A stretch of DNA of 64,000 bases, taken from an uncultured Candidatus Entotheonella sp. (lineage in GTDB: Bacteria; Tectomicrobia; Entotheonellia; Entotheonellales; Entotheonellaceae). A program made the translations under genes and the position numbers. Where the stretch lies: positions 3,744,001-3,808,000 of the forward strand of contig OZ244252.1 of assembly GCA_965217185.1 (NCBI GenBank), read 5' to 3'. Positions 46,514-56,023 of this stretch are shown one piece after another (position 1 is the first letter of the stretch; each line of letters opens with the position of its first letter). Under the pieces are notes generated by a model, which made no database searches, had not been told where the DNA came from, and saw only the letters and a program-made list of their open reading frames with translations.

Positions 46514-47857
46514 TTAGGAGTCCACAGAACGACGCACGCGCTGAAATACTCCCTCAAATCCCATACCTGCAGCCACCGCCCATGCGATAGAAAGGTAAGC
46601 ATCTGCCAATTTGGGTTCCTTCAAGTCTGGAACGGCATGGCCACTGTCAATAAGGTTGCCTGCAATAATTGAGAAAACCAAGACACCGGCCAAGAGACCA
46701 AGCGGGGCGCTTACCATTACTCTTGATAGGACCTGCTTCCCAGCCGTATCAGCGACTTCAACTTCCTTGGCGTTCCAAAGATCAAGTAAGGCAATAGCAA
46801 TTGCTCCCGCTATCCCAAGAAAACCCCAATTCAAAATGCTCAAGTAATATGTACACACAGTTGGGCAATCCTGGACGGGATACAGTAAAGGTAGAATCCC
46901 CATCAATGTGAAAACAACTACTGAAACTGCTCCACATATTCTGATAGATGAAACAATTGTCGAACCTTCAGCCCACTTGGCTTGATATTCAGCCACATGC
47001 TCCCGTACCGCGCGAAGATTTGCGCGCAGAGATTCCGCTCTGTCATCTTTAGTTTCTGCAATATTGTTCTGGCCATCTTGCCCTTTGTCTAATTCATCCA
47101 AGCCAGAAATGTTGTCATTGATTCTGTTTTCCCAGTCTCTATAAAAGTCGGCATCATATGAAAATGCTTCTCCATAAGCATACACCTTAAGTTCATCGAG
47201 ACCTGATCGGGCACGAGCTTTAAGGTCTTCTATTGAGAGGAAATCGATTAACATGCGATCCAACGTGAGGCATTGGAACTCTGTCCATCCTTGGGGTCCT
47301 AATGTGTCCTCTAGTCGTTGTATTTCTTCCTCTACTTGCTGACGCCTTTCATCGAATCTAGCAGGCCTATATTCAGGTTCAATTAACCTTGGCTGAATGT
47401 TTCTCGCTTCCTGGAGTAACGCTTCAATCTCGCTTCGATCCTCTTTTCGAGAATTGTGGACTCGCATCTTGTGACGAACAATGAATGATGTAATCAATCC
47501 GAATAGGAATCCCGCTAACGCGAGGTAAGACCAACAAAGGCATTGAGGAATGGCAGCAGGATTCATAAAAAATTGGTAACAGACAAAAATGAGCCAGCCG
47601 ACCGCAACTGTCATCAGAATTCCGGCAAACCAAAGAATGATCCAGCGCCAAATGGAGAGGCTAGGCGGAAGCCTATCTTCCGGGGGAATATATCGTTCCC
47701 GAGTGCCTTCACGCGTTCCGTCATCTTTACGGAAAATCCTGCCAAACCAGAGAATAATCCGAAGCCAAAGACGGACGCCTGATTGAGAATTTTTTTCCGG
47801 TCGACTGCTTCCTTCCTGAGAGACTTCGCCCGCTCCTTTGTCGTTCTTGGGTTGCAT
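46514..47857 (-). CDS. hypothetical multi-pass membrane protein
   Basis: 447 aa; two N-terminal TM helices, a charged helical core, about four C-terminal TM helices; GAGGTG RBS; AT-rich. Confidence 0.8.
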   Translation of the reverse strand: MQPKNDKGAGEVSQEGSSRPEKNSQSGVRLWLRIILWFGRIFRKDDGTREGTRERYIPPEDRLPPSLSIWRWIILWFAGILMTVAVGWLIFVCYQFFMNPAAIPQCLCWSYLALAGFLFGLITSFIVRHKMRVHNSRKEDRSEIEALLQEARNIQPRLIEPEYRPARFDERRQQVEEEIQRLEDTLGPQGWTEFQCLTLDRMLIDFLSIEDLKARARSGLDELKVYAYGEAFSYDADFYRDWENRINDNISGLDELDKGQDGQNNIAETKDDRAESLRANLRAVREHVAEYQAKWAEGSTIVSSIRICGAVSVVVFTLMGILPLLYPVQDCPTVCTYYLSILNWGFLGIAGAIAIALLDLWNAKEVEVADTAGKQVLSRVMVSAPLGLLAGVLVFSIIAGNLIDSGHAVPDLKEPKLADAYLSIAWAVAAGMGFEGVFQRVRRSVDS

Positions 47858-48289
47858 GTCTCACCTCAAATCCGCACACCTATCTATTCTCGATCTTGAA
47901 ATACAATAATCGTGTTCCGGTAATTGGTGCGGCGTACGTCTGGCTTTAACGAAAACGTCGCCCCGAATCCCCTATTCCGTTGAGCCTCTTCGGTCTTTCA
48001 TCAATTGTCGAACCGACAATTTTCTCGAGAAGTGCCTCCCAATTTCCTGGAGTTTCGCCGAAGTAACCCCCTCAGTGGTCGTTGAACGCTGAAAACCGTT
48101 AGCGCACCCTGTCGGGCGGCGAAGACGGAATTTCTCAAGGCCCAATAGCCTAGGTCGTGGACAGATTGAGTGATACCGACCGGACAACATCACGAAATTA
48201 GACTGCCTTGTCAAACATGAAGGGACGGCCTTTAGGGCAAAATGCTAACCCCAAATGAATGTTGATATGCTTGTCTACACCGGCTTCTT

Positions 48290-48514
48290 TTATTTTGTCG
48301 TTACGGCGCCAACATTCACCACCTCGGCGGTGCTTTGTGGTTCCGGCACCGGCTCGCCGTGTTCACGCAGGCTTTCGATGTGGAAGGCGATGGCCTCGCG
48401 AATTTCTGCCAGTACCGCTTCCCGGGTACTACCGGCTGCCACGCAGCCGGGCAGGTCAGGGACATAGGCGGCATAGTTGCTGGGGGCCTTTTCGATGACA
48501 ACGGTATATTTCAC
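48290..48514 (-). CDS. hicB: HicB family antitoxin
   Basis: VKYTVVIEKAPSNYAAYVPDLPGCVAAGSTREA...EAIAFHIESLREHGEPVPEP. Confidence 0.92.
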   Translation of the reverse strand: MKYTVVIEKAPSNYAAYVPDLPGCVAAGSTREAVLAEIREAIAFHIESLREHGEPVPEPQSTAEVVNVGAVTTK

Positions 48515-48522
48515 GGATTCAT

Positions 48523-48714
48523 TTACCCCTTCAATCCGCACTGCTCCAGGACGCTGTCCCATGTGCCGGGCGGCAGGTCGTCGCCGGGCTTGCCCGGAAC
48601 GGTCACTGTGCCCGGCTTGATGGGGGGCGGCACTGGGCGGTGGCTTCCTCGAGTTCGCACCAGCAGCCACCCGTCCCGCTGAATCAGGCGGATGGCCTCC
48701 CGAACTTTGGGCAA
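48523..48714 (-). CDS. hicA: HicA family toxin (locally altered)
   Basis: KVREAIRLIQRDGW...RGSH...KPGTVTVPG...DLPPGT..SVL.Q.GL. Confidence 0.8.
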   Translation of the reverse strand: MPKVREAIRLIQRDGWLLVRTRGSHRPVPPPIKPGTVTVPGKPGDDLPPGTWDSVLEQCGLKG

Positions 48715-48723
48715 AAGCTGGTC

Positions 48724-49248
48724 TCACCCCACCGTCAGCTTCTCGACCACGCGGTCGAACACCGTCTCGGCGCGTTGGCGCACCTCGTTTCGGGTCAGGG
48801 GTTGGATGGGATGCTCCACGAGAATCACGTTGAACGCCGACAGGCCCAGCGCATCGGCCTGGGCGCGGGCGGCGTTGGCGAACTCGGTGGTGGTGCAAAC
48901 CGCGACGGGAATGCCGGCTTTTTCAAAGTAAACGCCGTCGTGCACACTGCACGTTGTGCACGAGCCTCAATCCGCCAGCGCTTCGATGATCAGATCGCAC
49001 TGCTGTTCGAGTTCCTTGCGCATGTCCTCCGGCGCGGGCCGGGCAAAGGTGGGCTTCATGCGCCGCAGGACGGCGCTGGGTTGATGTGTTTCGTGCAGCC
49101 ACTCCTCGATGCGGTCCAGGAAGTGGTTGCCCTGCGACTTGCTGATGTCCAGCAGGCCGACCACCTTGCCGCGCAGGTCCGGCAGCCGAGCCGCCAGGCT
49201 CGCGGCGTCGGCCACCGGGGTTGCGGTTGGATCGTACAACTTCGTCAT
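48724..49248 (-). CDS. UGSC-family selenoprotein (in-frame TGA at 48967-48969 read as Sec)
   Basis: ORFs 48967..49248 and 48724..48945 are in the same frame and join as EALAD-U-GSCTTCSVHDG; a hairpin follows the TGA. Confidence 0.85.
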
Positions 49249-49277
49249 CGCTTTCTCCTTTTCGGGTTTAGGTGGGT

Positions 49278-50360
49278 TCAGTCAAACTCGATCGGCGCCG
49301 TGGCCAGGCGGCTGCCGGCGCCCCAGCCGGACAGGTGAACGGAAAATCGCCCGGCGGTACCGCCGGCGACCACCACCGTGATGCCATCCGGCGACGTGAT
49401 CTTGGGGATCAACGTCGCGTCGTCCTGCACGTCTAGCCCCTCCGGGACTCGCTCCGGCGAGGTAATCTGGCGTGACACGCCCTCGGCGCCGTCCGGGCCG
49501 GGCCGCAGCTCGCCCAGCGGCCGCTGCATGTGCTCGTACAGAAAGCGCTTGACGTCCTGTTTGCTCAGGCCGTCGGCGCCGATGGTCTTGGCGTGTTCCG
49601 GCCCAATCACCAGCGCGCAGTTGTCGTTGAGATACGCCTTGTGTTGCCAGCCCACCGCCATGCTGGCCGCAATGGTGGTCAGGATGCCCTCGGCGGTGCG
49701 GCTGCCGTGGTTGCTGATGCATTGCGGGGCGTCGCAGCAATACACGCTGACGGCGCTCTGGTCGGGCCGGTAGCCCTTTTCGACGTGCAGCGGTTCCCAG
49801 GGGCTTGCCTCCTCGTATTCGCCGATGAGGAAGGTGTATTTGCCCGGGTGCCCCATGGCGGATTTGTCGATCTCGCCGGGGCGGGCGCCGCCGAGGTTGG
49901 TCATGATCAGCCGCAGGGCGCGGCCAATCGTGGCGTTGGCGCGCCAGCCGGAGCCGAACACGCCGGTGGCGCAGTTGATGTCGAGCTGCTGCCGCACCGG
50001 GCCGTTGACGATGAACAACGGTGTCGCGGTGTGCGTCGTGCCCTGCACCCCGTGCAGGCTGACCTGCTCGGCGCACATGGCCTGCACGCCGGCTACGACG
50101 ACCGGCAGGTAGTCCGGCTTGCAGCCCGCCATCACCGCGTTGATGGCGATCTTTTCGAGCGTCGCGGCGCCGTAATTCGGTGGCACCAGCGCGATCACCT
50201 CGTCGGCCGGCCGCGCCGTGACGGCCAGCATGCGCGCCACCCGCGTCTCGTTGGGCGGCACCACCGGCAATCCATCGGTGACGCCACGCTCGAAATAGAA
50301 CTCGATGGCGTCGATATCCTCGTCCACATCATAGCCGCGCCCTTCAACGGGTTCTGCCAT
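49278..50360 (-). CDS. conserved hypothetical protein typical of UGSC-protein loci
   Basis: TDGLPVVPP..RV..ML, EKIAINAVMAGC.P, RANATIGRA, VVAGG motifs. Confidence 0.75.
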   Translation of the reverse strand: MAEPVEGRGYDVDEDIDAIEFYFERGVTDGLPVVPPNETRVARMLAVTARPADEVIALVPPNYGAATLEKIAINAVMAGCKPDYLPVVVAGVQAMCAEQVSLHGVQGTTHTATPLFIVNGPVRQQLDINCATGVFGSGWRANATIGRALRLIMTNLGGARPGEIDKSAMGHPGKYTFLIGEYEEASPWEPLHVEKGYRPDQSAVSVYCCDAPQCISNHGSRTAEGILTTIAASMAVGWQHKAYLNDNCALVIGPEHAKTIGADGLSKQDVKRFLYEHMQRPLGELRPGPDGAEGVSRQITSPERVPEGLDVQDDATLIPKITSPDGITVVVAGGTAGRFSVHLSGWGAGSRLATAPIEFD

Positions 50361-50380
50361 GCTCGGCTTCCCTCCCCGTT

Positions 50381-52030
50381 CTACTTGTACATGGTCTGGT
50401 TCATCGTGCCGCTGCTGTAGATGTCCGGGTCAAGGATGACGTTGACGCACGACGGCTTGCCCGAGGCGCGCGCCCGCTCCATGGCCGGACGGATGTCGCC
50501 GGGTTCGGTGACGCACTCGCCGTAGCCGCCCATGGCCTCGACGATCACGTCGTAGCGCGTGGCGGACAGCTTATTGGCCACGTTGCCCTTTTGCTCGCCG
50601 TACTTGGCGAGCTGCCCGTAGCGGATCTGGTTCCAGCCGGCGTTGTTGCCCACGACGCTGACGAACGGCAGGTCAAAGCGCACTGCGGTGTCGATGTCGA
50701 AGCCGGTGAGCCCAAAGGCGCCGTCGCCGAACAGCACGAAGATGTCCTTTTCCGGCATGGCGGCCTTGGCGGCGATGGCGAACGGCGTGCCGACGCCCAA
50801 AGTGCCGAGCGGGCCGGGATCAAGCCAGTGCCCCGGCTTGTGGGTGCGGATCACCGACGCCGACATGGTGACGATGTCGCCGCCGTCGCCGATGAACACG
50901 GTGTCCTCGGTAAGAAAGTCGTTGATCTCCTTGCACAGCCGCAGCGGGTGGATGGGCACCTGATCGGAATTAAGCCCGAGGGCCGCCTGGCTGGCGCGCT
51001 TCTCCTCATCCTCGCGCAGGGTGCGCAGCCAGTTGTCCGAGTTGCTGTGGCCCGGCGCGATGGCGTCGGTCAGTTGTGCTATCACCGCCGCGGCGTCGCC
51101 GCAGATGCCCAGCGACACGTCGCGGTTATGGCCCAGCTCGCCGTAGTCCAGATCGACCTGGATGACCTTGGCATCCGGGTTGAGGCGCTGGCCGTAACCA
51201 AGGCGGAAATCGAAGGGCGTGCCGATAATCATGATGACGTCGGCTTCCTTGAGCGCCCGCCGGCGCGAGGTGACGAAGAGGTTGGGGTGGGTCGGCGGTA
51301 GGGCGCCGCGCGCCGCGCCGTTGACGTAGATCGGCAGCCGCGCCTGCTCGGCGAGTTTCGCCAGCGCCTCGGCGCCGCGGCAGAACTGCACCTGGCTGCC
51401 GGCTAGCACCGCCGGGCGCTCGGCTTTGCGAAACCAGTCGGCGGCCATGGCGATGGCGTTGGGGTCGCCGTGCACCTTGTAGGTGGAACGGTAGTTGCTG
51501 GGCATGCGCACGCGGTCGGCGTCGACCTTGGCGTCCAGCACGTCGCGCGGCATTTCGAGGAAAACCGGCCCCGGGCGGCCGTTGAAGGCTTCGCGGAAGG
51601 CCATGCTCATCAGTTCGGGGATGCGATCGGTGTGCGGCACCGTGGAGGCGAACTTGGTGATGGGCTTCATGATGGACACGTGATCGAGCTCCTGCAGCGA
51701 GCCCATGTGCATCTGCGTGAAGGCGCCCTGGCCGCCGATGACCAGCATCGGCGTCTGGGCGCGAAAGGCGTTGGCCACGCCCGTCACCGTGTCCGTCGTT
51801 CCCGGCCCGGCGGTCACCACCGCCACGCCCGGCTTGCCGGTGACGCGCGTCCAGGCGTCGGCGGCGTGCGCCGCCGCCTGCTCGTGCCGCACGTCGATGA
51901 TGCGGATGCCTTCATCCAGGCAGCCGTCGTAGATGTCGATGATATGGCCGCCGCAGAGAGTGAAAATGGCCTCCACTCCCTCGGCCTTCAAGGCGCGGGC
52001 AACGAGATGCCCGCCGCTGATTTCGGTCAT
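50381..52030 (-). CDS. thiamine-diphosphate enzyme (acetolactate synthase/2-hydroxyacyl-CoA lyase-like)
   Basis: FTLCGGH, DVRHEQAA, TAGPG, GDGAFG...NN TPP motif. Confidence 0.9.
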   Translation of the reverse strand: MTEISGGHLVARALKAEGVEAIFTLCGGHIIDIYDGCLDEGIRIIDVRHEQAAAHAADAWTRVTGKPGVAVVTAGPGTTDTVTGVANAFRAQTPMLVIGGQGAFTQMHMGSLQELDHVSIMKPITKFASTVPHTDRIPELMSMAFREAFNGRPGPVFLEMPRDVLDAKVDADRVRMPSNYRSTYKVHGDPNAIAMAADWFRKAERPAVLAGSQVQFCRGAEALAKLAEQARLPIYVNGAARGALPPTHPNLFVTSRRRALKEADVIMIIGTPFDFRLGYGQRLNPDAKVIQVDLDYGELGHNRDVSLGICGDAAAVIAQLTDAIAPGHSNSDNWLRTLREDEEKRASQAALGLNSDQVPIHPLRLCKEINDFLTEDTVFIGDGGDIVTMSASVIRTHKPGHWLDPGPLGTLGVGTPFAIAAKAAMPEKDIFVLFGDGAFGLTGFDIDTAVRFDLPFVSVVGNNAGWNQIRYGQLAKYGEQKGNVANKLSATRYDVIVEAMGGYGECVTEPGDIRPAMERARASGKPSCVNVILDPDIYSSGTMNQTMYK

Positions 52031-52095
52031 GGTGTTACTCCTGTTGGTAAAGAATTGACGTGGGATGTGTTTGTTTCCCTTCTTAACCGCCACGC

Positions 52096-52500
52096 CTACT
52101 TGAAAATCAACTCTCTGAACAGGATCAGCACGGCCGTGCTGATAAAGCCAAAGACGATCAAACCATAGAGACGAAACAACCAGTTGCGCATCTGGCGCAG
52201 GTCTTCACGCATGTCCAACCTGAGGTCATTGACGACCTCTTTCATGTCGTCGAAGCGCTTGTTTACGCCGTTGAAGCGTTGGTTCATGTCATCGAAACGC
52301 TGGTCGAAGCGCAGGTTCATGTCGTCAAAGCGTTGGTTGACGTGGGCAAAGTTCTTCTCCGCGTGCGCCGCATCCAGATCCATACGTTTCTCAAGGCTGA
52401 GAAAACGCTGGTTCATGGTGTCTTCCAGATGACCAAAACGTTCGTCAACGCGTAGTACGTACTCGTCGAAATGTTCCTTGCGGACAAACTCGTCAGCCAT
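52096..52500 (-). CDS. membrane-anchored coiled-coil repeat protein
   Basis: FVRKEHF start, NQRFDDM repeats, C-terminal TM helix similar to that of 16741..17166. Confidence 0.8.
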   Translation of the reverse strand: MADEFVRKEHFDEYVLRVDERFGHLEDTMNQRFLSLEKRMDLDAAHAEKNFAHVNQRFDDMNLRFDQRFDDMNQRFNGVNKRFDDMKEVVNDLRLDMREDLRQMRNWLFRLYGLIVFGFISTAVLILFRELIFK

Positions 52501-52568
52501 GTCACTATCCCCCTGGAGTCGGGAGGAACGGGTCGGGAACCGATCCCTTGCGACTGCGAAAAGAAGGC

Positions 52569-53822
52569 TCAGACAACATGTGCGAACCGGCGGGCGAAGT
52601 CCTGCGGGGACGTGGCCGCGGCGGCGGCCAGCTTGTCGAGTACGTCCGGCTGTTGCAGGTCGGCCTTGTCCAGCCGCGTCATGTAGTGGCGCGCCACCTG
52701 GTAGCTTTCGCTGCTGATGTCCACCAAGCGGACGCGGGTGCGCCCGGTGGCGGGGTCGCGCATGTCGTCGAAGGGCAGCAGATCGATGCGGCCGTCCCGC
52801 AGGCAGACCATGCCGGCGTTGGCGTCCGACAGCAAAAACTTGACGGCGCCGTAGCCCAGGGTGCGGGTGTAGTCGATGTCGAACGGAACCGGGGCGGCGG
52901 AGCGCAGCTCGTAACCGATCGTGCGGTCGACGATGGCCAGCTTTTCACCGCGCTCGGCGAAGCGGCGCAGGATCTCGCGTTTTATCACCTTTTCGAGCGG
53001 AATTTCTTCGAGCCGCAAATGGCCGTGCTGATCGTGGGCGATCTCCACACCCGGTAGTTGCGCCAGGGTTTCGGCGGGAATCTTCTCGGCGATGCCCTCG
53101 GCCAGCACTGCCAGGCCGTATTCCTGACCGTTGATCCGCTGCTTCAGCATGGCGCCTTCGACGATGTCGCATACCACGTCGATGTCGATGCTCTCCGACG
53201 CGAATTCCTCGGCGATAATCGTCAGCGTCGCGCCCGCCGCCCGGCCAATGCCCAGCGCCAGATGACCGGCGTTGCGGCCCATGGCGCTGACGATGTACCA
53301 GCGGTTGGTCGTGCGGGCGTCTTCGAGAAGGTTCAGGGCCAGCCGGGTACCGAGGTCGCGCGCGGTTTCGTATCCGAAGGTGGGCGCACCGTCCGGCAGC
53401 GGCAGGTCGTTGTCGATGGTCTTGGGGATGTGCACCGAGCGGAGCGCGCCGCCGCCCGCCCGAGCGACCTCCAGGGCGCTGAACGCCGTGTCGTCGCCGC
53501 CGATGGTCACCAGGCGGGTGATGCCGAGTTCCTTCAGGGTGGCCACCGTGCGCTGCAGGTCGGCTTCCTTGCGGGTCGGGTTGGCTCGTGAGGTGCGTAG
53601 AATAGCGCCGCCCTGCACGTGGATGCGCGACACGTCGGCGATGCGCAGCGGCGTCACCCTGTCCGCGCGGCCCTGCATGAGGTGCGAGAAGCCGTCGTAG
53701 ATGCCGATGACTTCGAGGCCGGCGTTGATCGCCGCGATGGCCGCGGCGCTGATGGCGCTGTTGATGCCCGGCGCCGGACCGCCCCCCACCAGGATGCCCA
53801 ACCGCCCCTGTCCTGCGTCCAT
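52569..53822 (-). CDS. pfp: 6-phosphofructokinase, probably PPi-dependent
   Basis: GGGPAPGIN, IGGDDT (Asp in place of the ATP-type Gly), PKTIDND, MGR, GYELR. Confidence 0.88.
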   Translation of the reverse strand: MDAGQGRLGILVGGGPAPGINSAISAAAIAAINAGLEVIGIYDGFSHLMQGRADRVTPLRIADVSRIHVQGGAILRTSRANPTRKEADLQRTVATLKELGITRLVTIGGDDTAFSALEVARAGGGALRSVHIPKTIDNDLPLPDGAPTFGYETARDLGTRLALNLLEDARTTNRWYIVSAMGRNAGHLALGIGRAAGATLTIIAEEFASESIDIDVVCDIVEGAMLKQRINGQEYGLAVLAEGIAEKIPAETLAQLPGVEIAHDQHGHLRLEEIPLEKVIKREILRRFAERGEKLAIVDRTIGYELRSAAPVPFDIDYTRTLGYGAVKFLLSDANAGMVCLRDGRIDLLPFDDMRDPATGRTRVRLVDISSESYQVARHYMTRLDKADLQQPDVLDKLAAAAATSPQDFARRFAHVV

Positions 53823-53967
53823 GTCTGCTCTCCTCCGAGCTCTGCGAATCGTCCGATGCGGCGCTTCTGGCAAACCCGGCAATTCTCTTGAAGGGTATGC
53901 GGAAAGTCAAGTAAGGTAGGGCGCGTCAATCAGTGCGCAGAGGGTAACGTCAACAGGAGGAACGGTC

Positions 53968-54735
53968 ATGCGATTGTCGGGGAAAGTAGCCGTGGTGACA
54001 GGTAGCAGCCAGGGCATCGGGCGGGGCATCGTGGAGCGTTTTGCCCGCGAGGGGGCGGACGTGGTCATCAATTACAACCGCAGCCCGGGCGGCGCGCATG
54101 AAGTTCTCGCCGGGGTGGAGGCAGCCGGCCGGCGGGGCCTCGTCGTGCAGGCCGACGTGTCAAGCACCGCTGGGGTGCGGCACCTCATCGACGCGGCCGT
54201 TGATCACTTCGGCGAACTCGACATTCTGGTGAACAACGCTGGGGTCGAGGCTCACGCGCCGTTCTGGGAGGTCACCGAGGAGGAATACGACCGCGTTCTG
54301 AACGTCAATCTCAAGGGCGTTTTCTTCGCCACCCAGGCGATGGTGAACCACGCCCGCCAGACCAACCGGCCGGCCCGGATCATCAATATCAGTTCCGTCC
54401 ACGAGGAGTTGCCCTTTCCCAACTTTGCCGCCTACTGCGTCAGTAAGGGCGGGGTGAAAATGTTGACCCGCAACCTGGCGGTCGAGCTCGGCCAATTCGG
54501 CATCACCGTCAACGCCATCGCCCCCGGCGCCATCGAAACGCCCATCAACACCAAGCTGCTGAACGATCCTGCCAAGCTCAACGCCCTGCTGGGGCAAATC
54601 CCCCTCAACCGCCTCGGCCAGCCGGAGGACGTGGCCGGTGTCGCCGTCTTCCTGGCCTCCGACGATGCTGCGTACGTTACGGGCTCAACGTATTACGTGG
54701 ACGGCGGCCTGACGTGGCATTACGAGGAGCAGTAG
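53968..54735 (+). CDS. SDR oxidoreductase (glucose 1-dehydrogenase-like)
   Basis: TGSSQGIG, NNAG, SSVHE, YCVSK, PGAIETPIN. Confidence 0.9.
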   Translation: MRLSGKVAVVTGSSQGIGRGIVERFAREGADVVINYNRSPGGAHEVLAGVEAAGRRGLVVQADVSSTAGVRHLIDAAVDHFGELDILVNNAGVEAHAPFWEVTEEEYDRVLNVNLKGVFFATQAMVNHARQTNRPARIINISSVHEELPFPNFAAYCVSKGGVKMLTRNLAVELGQFGITVNAIAPGAIETPINTKLLNDPAKLNALLGQIPLNRLGQPEDVAGVAVFLASDDAAYVTGSTYYVDGGLTWHYEEQ

Positions 54736-54748
54736 GGGTCGTGTAGGT

Positions 54749-54779
54749 GTAGGTCGGATTGGCGCAGCGTAATCCGACA
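54749..54779 (+). repeat. GTAG-family REP element
   Basis: GTAGGTCGGATTGGCGCAGCGTAATCCGACA. Confidence 0.9.
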
Positions 54780-54788
54780 TTTCACTTC

Positions 54789-55166
54789 TCAGCACTCCAG
54801 CACCACTTGGGCGATGGCGTGCCCGGCGCTGTGGGACAGCGAAAGGTGCATGTGTCGGATGCCGGCGTCGGCGCAGCGTTCTCGCAGGTAACCGTACAGG
54901 TGCAAAAAGGGTTTGCCGAGGGGGTCGCGGCGGACTTCGATGTCGCGCCAGCGCATGTGCTTGCGGAGGCCGGTACCGAGGGCTTTGAGGAAGGCTTCCT
55001 TGCAGGCGAAGCGGGCGGCGAAGCAGGGGTAGGGTAGGCGCTTGGCGCTGCAGTAGGCGCGTTCGTCAGCGGTGTAGAGGCGTTCGACGAGGCGCGGGCC
55101 GCTGCGGACGATGGCGCGTTCCATGCGGTCGCTCTCGACCAGGTCGACGCCGATGCCGTAGATCAT
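54789..55166 (-). CDS. acpS: holo-[acyl-carrier-protein] synthase
   Basis: IYGIGVDLV, AARFACKEAFLKALGTG, LSLSHS. Confidence 0.95.
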   Translation of the reverse strand: MIYGIGVDLVESDRMERAIVRSGPRLVERLYTADERAYCSAKRLPYPCFAARFACKEAFLKALGTGLRKHMRWRDIEVRRDPLGKPFLHLYGYLRERCADAGIRHMHLSLSHSAGHAIAQVVLEC

Positions 55167-55175
55167 GGCGGCGTC

Positions 55176-56012
55176 TCAGCCCCGCAGGACAAAACGTTCG
55201 AGGGCTTGCGCGACGCCGTCGTCGTCGTTGCTGCCGGTGACGTACCCGGCGGCATCGCGGACGGCGTCGACGGCGTTGCCCATGGCAATCCCGAGGCCGG
55301 CGCCGCGGATCATTTCCAGGTCGTTGTAGTCGTCGCCAATGGCCATCACGTCTTCCGCGGTCAGTCCCTCAGCCGCCATCAGGCGCTCCAGCGCCTGCCA
55401 TTTGGAAACCGTGGCCGGCAGGACCTCCAGGATGTGCCCTTGATAATTCTTGTTCAGGATCATCTTGGTATGCCCCTGGCCGGCAAGCGCGTCTTCCACC
55501 GCCGGACGCAAGGCTTGCAGGCGGTCGGCTTCGGCCATGATGCTGAGCATGACCACCCCGCTTAGGCAGGCGGCGCTAAGGTCATCCACGAAGCGGCAGT
55601 AGGGGAGGCTGTCCTGCAGGTACTCGCGCTGAAAGGGGTGCAGGTGCTCCATGGGCTCGGTGAGGATGTCGACCTGTTCGTGGAAGGCGTCGATGTAAAT
55701 CAATGGCGGCGCCAGTTGCCGCAGAACCGCTAAGCCGCGCCGGCAGAGCGTTTCCGGCAGGGGATGGCAGTGCAGCGTCTCGGCGGAAGCGACGTCCTTT
55801 ACGAGGGCGCCGTTGTGCACCACGATGGGGCCGTCGAGTTGCAGTTTCTGCGCCCATGGGCGCGCCGAGCGGAAACGCCGGCCGGTGCACAGGATGACCC
55901 GCAGTCCGGCCTGCTGTGCGGCCATGACCGCCTGCCGCACGATGTCCCGCAGTTCACCGTCGGGGTCGAGCAGGGTGCCGTCAACGTCCAGGGCGAGTAA
56001 GCGATAGGGCAT
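55176..56012 (-). CDS. Cof-type HAD-IIB hydrolase
   Basis: DVDGTLL, CTGR, SK, AIGDDYNDLEM, AMGNA. Confidence 0.93.
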   Translation of the reverse strand: MPYRLLALDVDGTLLDPDGELRDIVRQAVMAAQQAGLRVILCTGRRFRSARPWAQKLQLDGPIVVHNGALVKDVASAETLHCHPLPETLCRRGLAVLRQLAPPLIYIDAFHEQVDILTEPMEHLHPFQREYLQDSLPYCRFVDDLSAACLSGVVMLSIMAEADRLQALRPAVEDALAGQGHTKMILNKNYQGHILEVLPATVSKWQALERLMAAEGLTAEDVMAIGDDYNDLEMIRGAGLGIAMGNAVDAVRDAAGYVTGSNDDDGVAQALERFVLRG

Positions 56013-56023
56013 GGTGGGTGGGC

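Noticed and set aside
47858..48289. 80-aa ORF 47972..48214 or gene remnant
   Set aside because: No recognisable motif or RBS; treated as the promoter region of the island operon.
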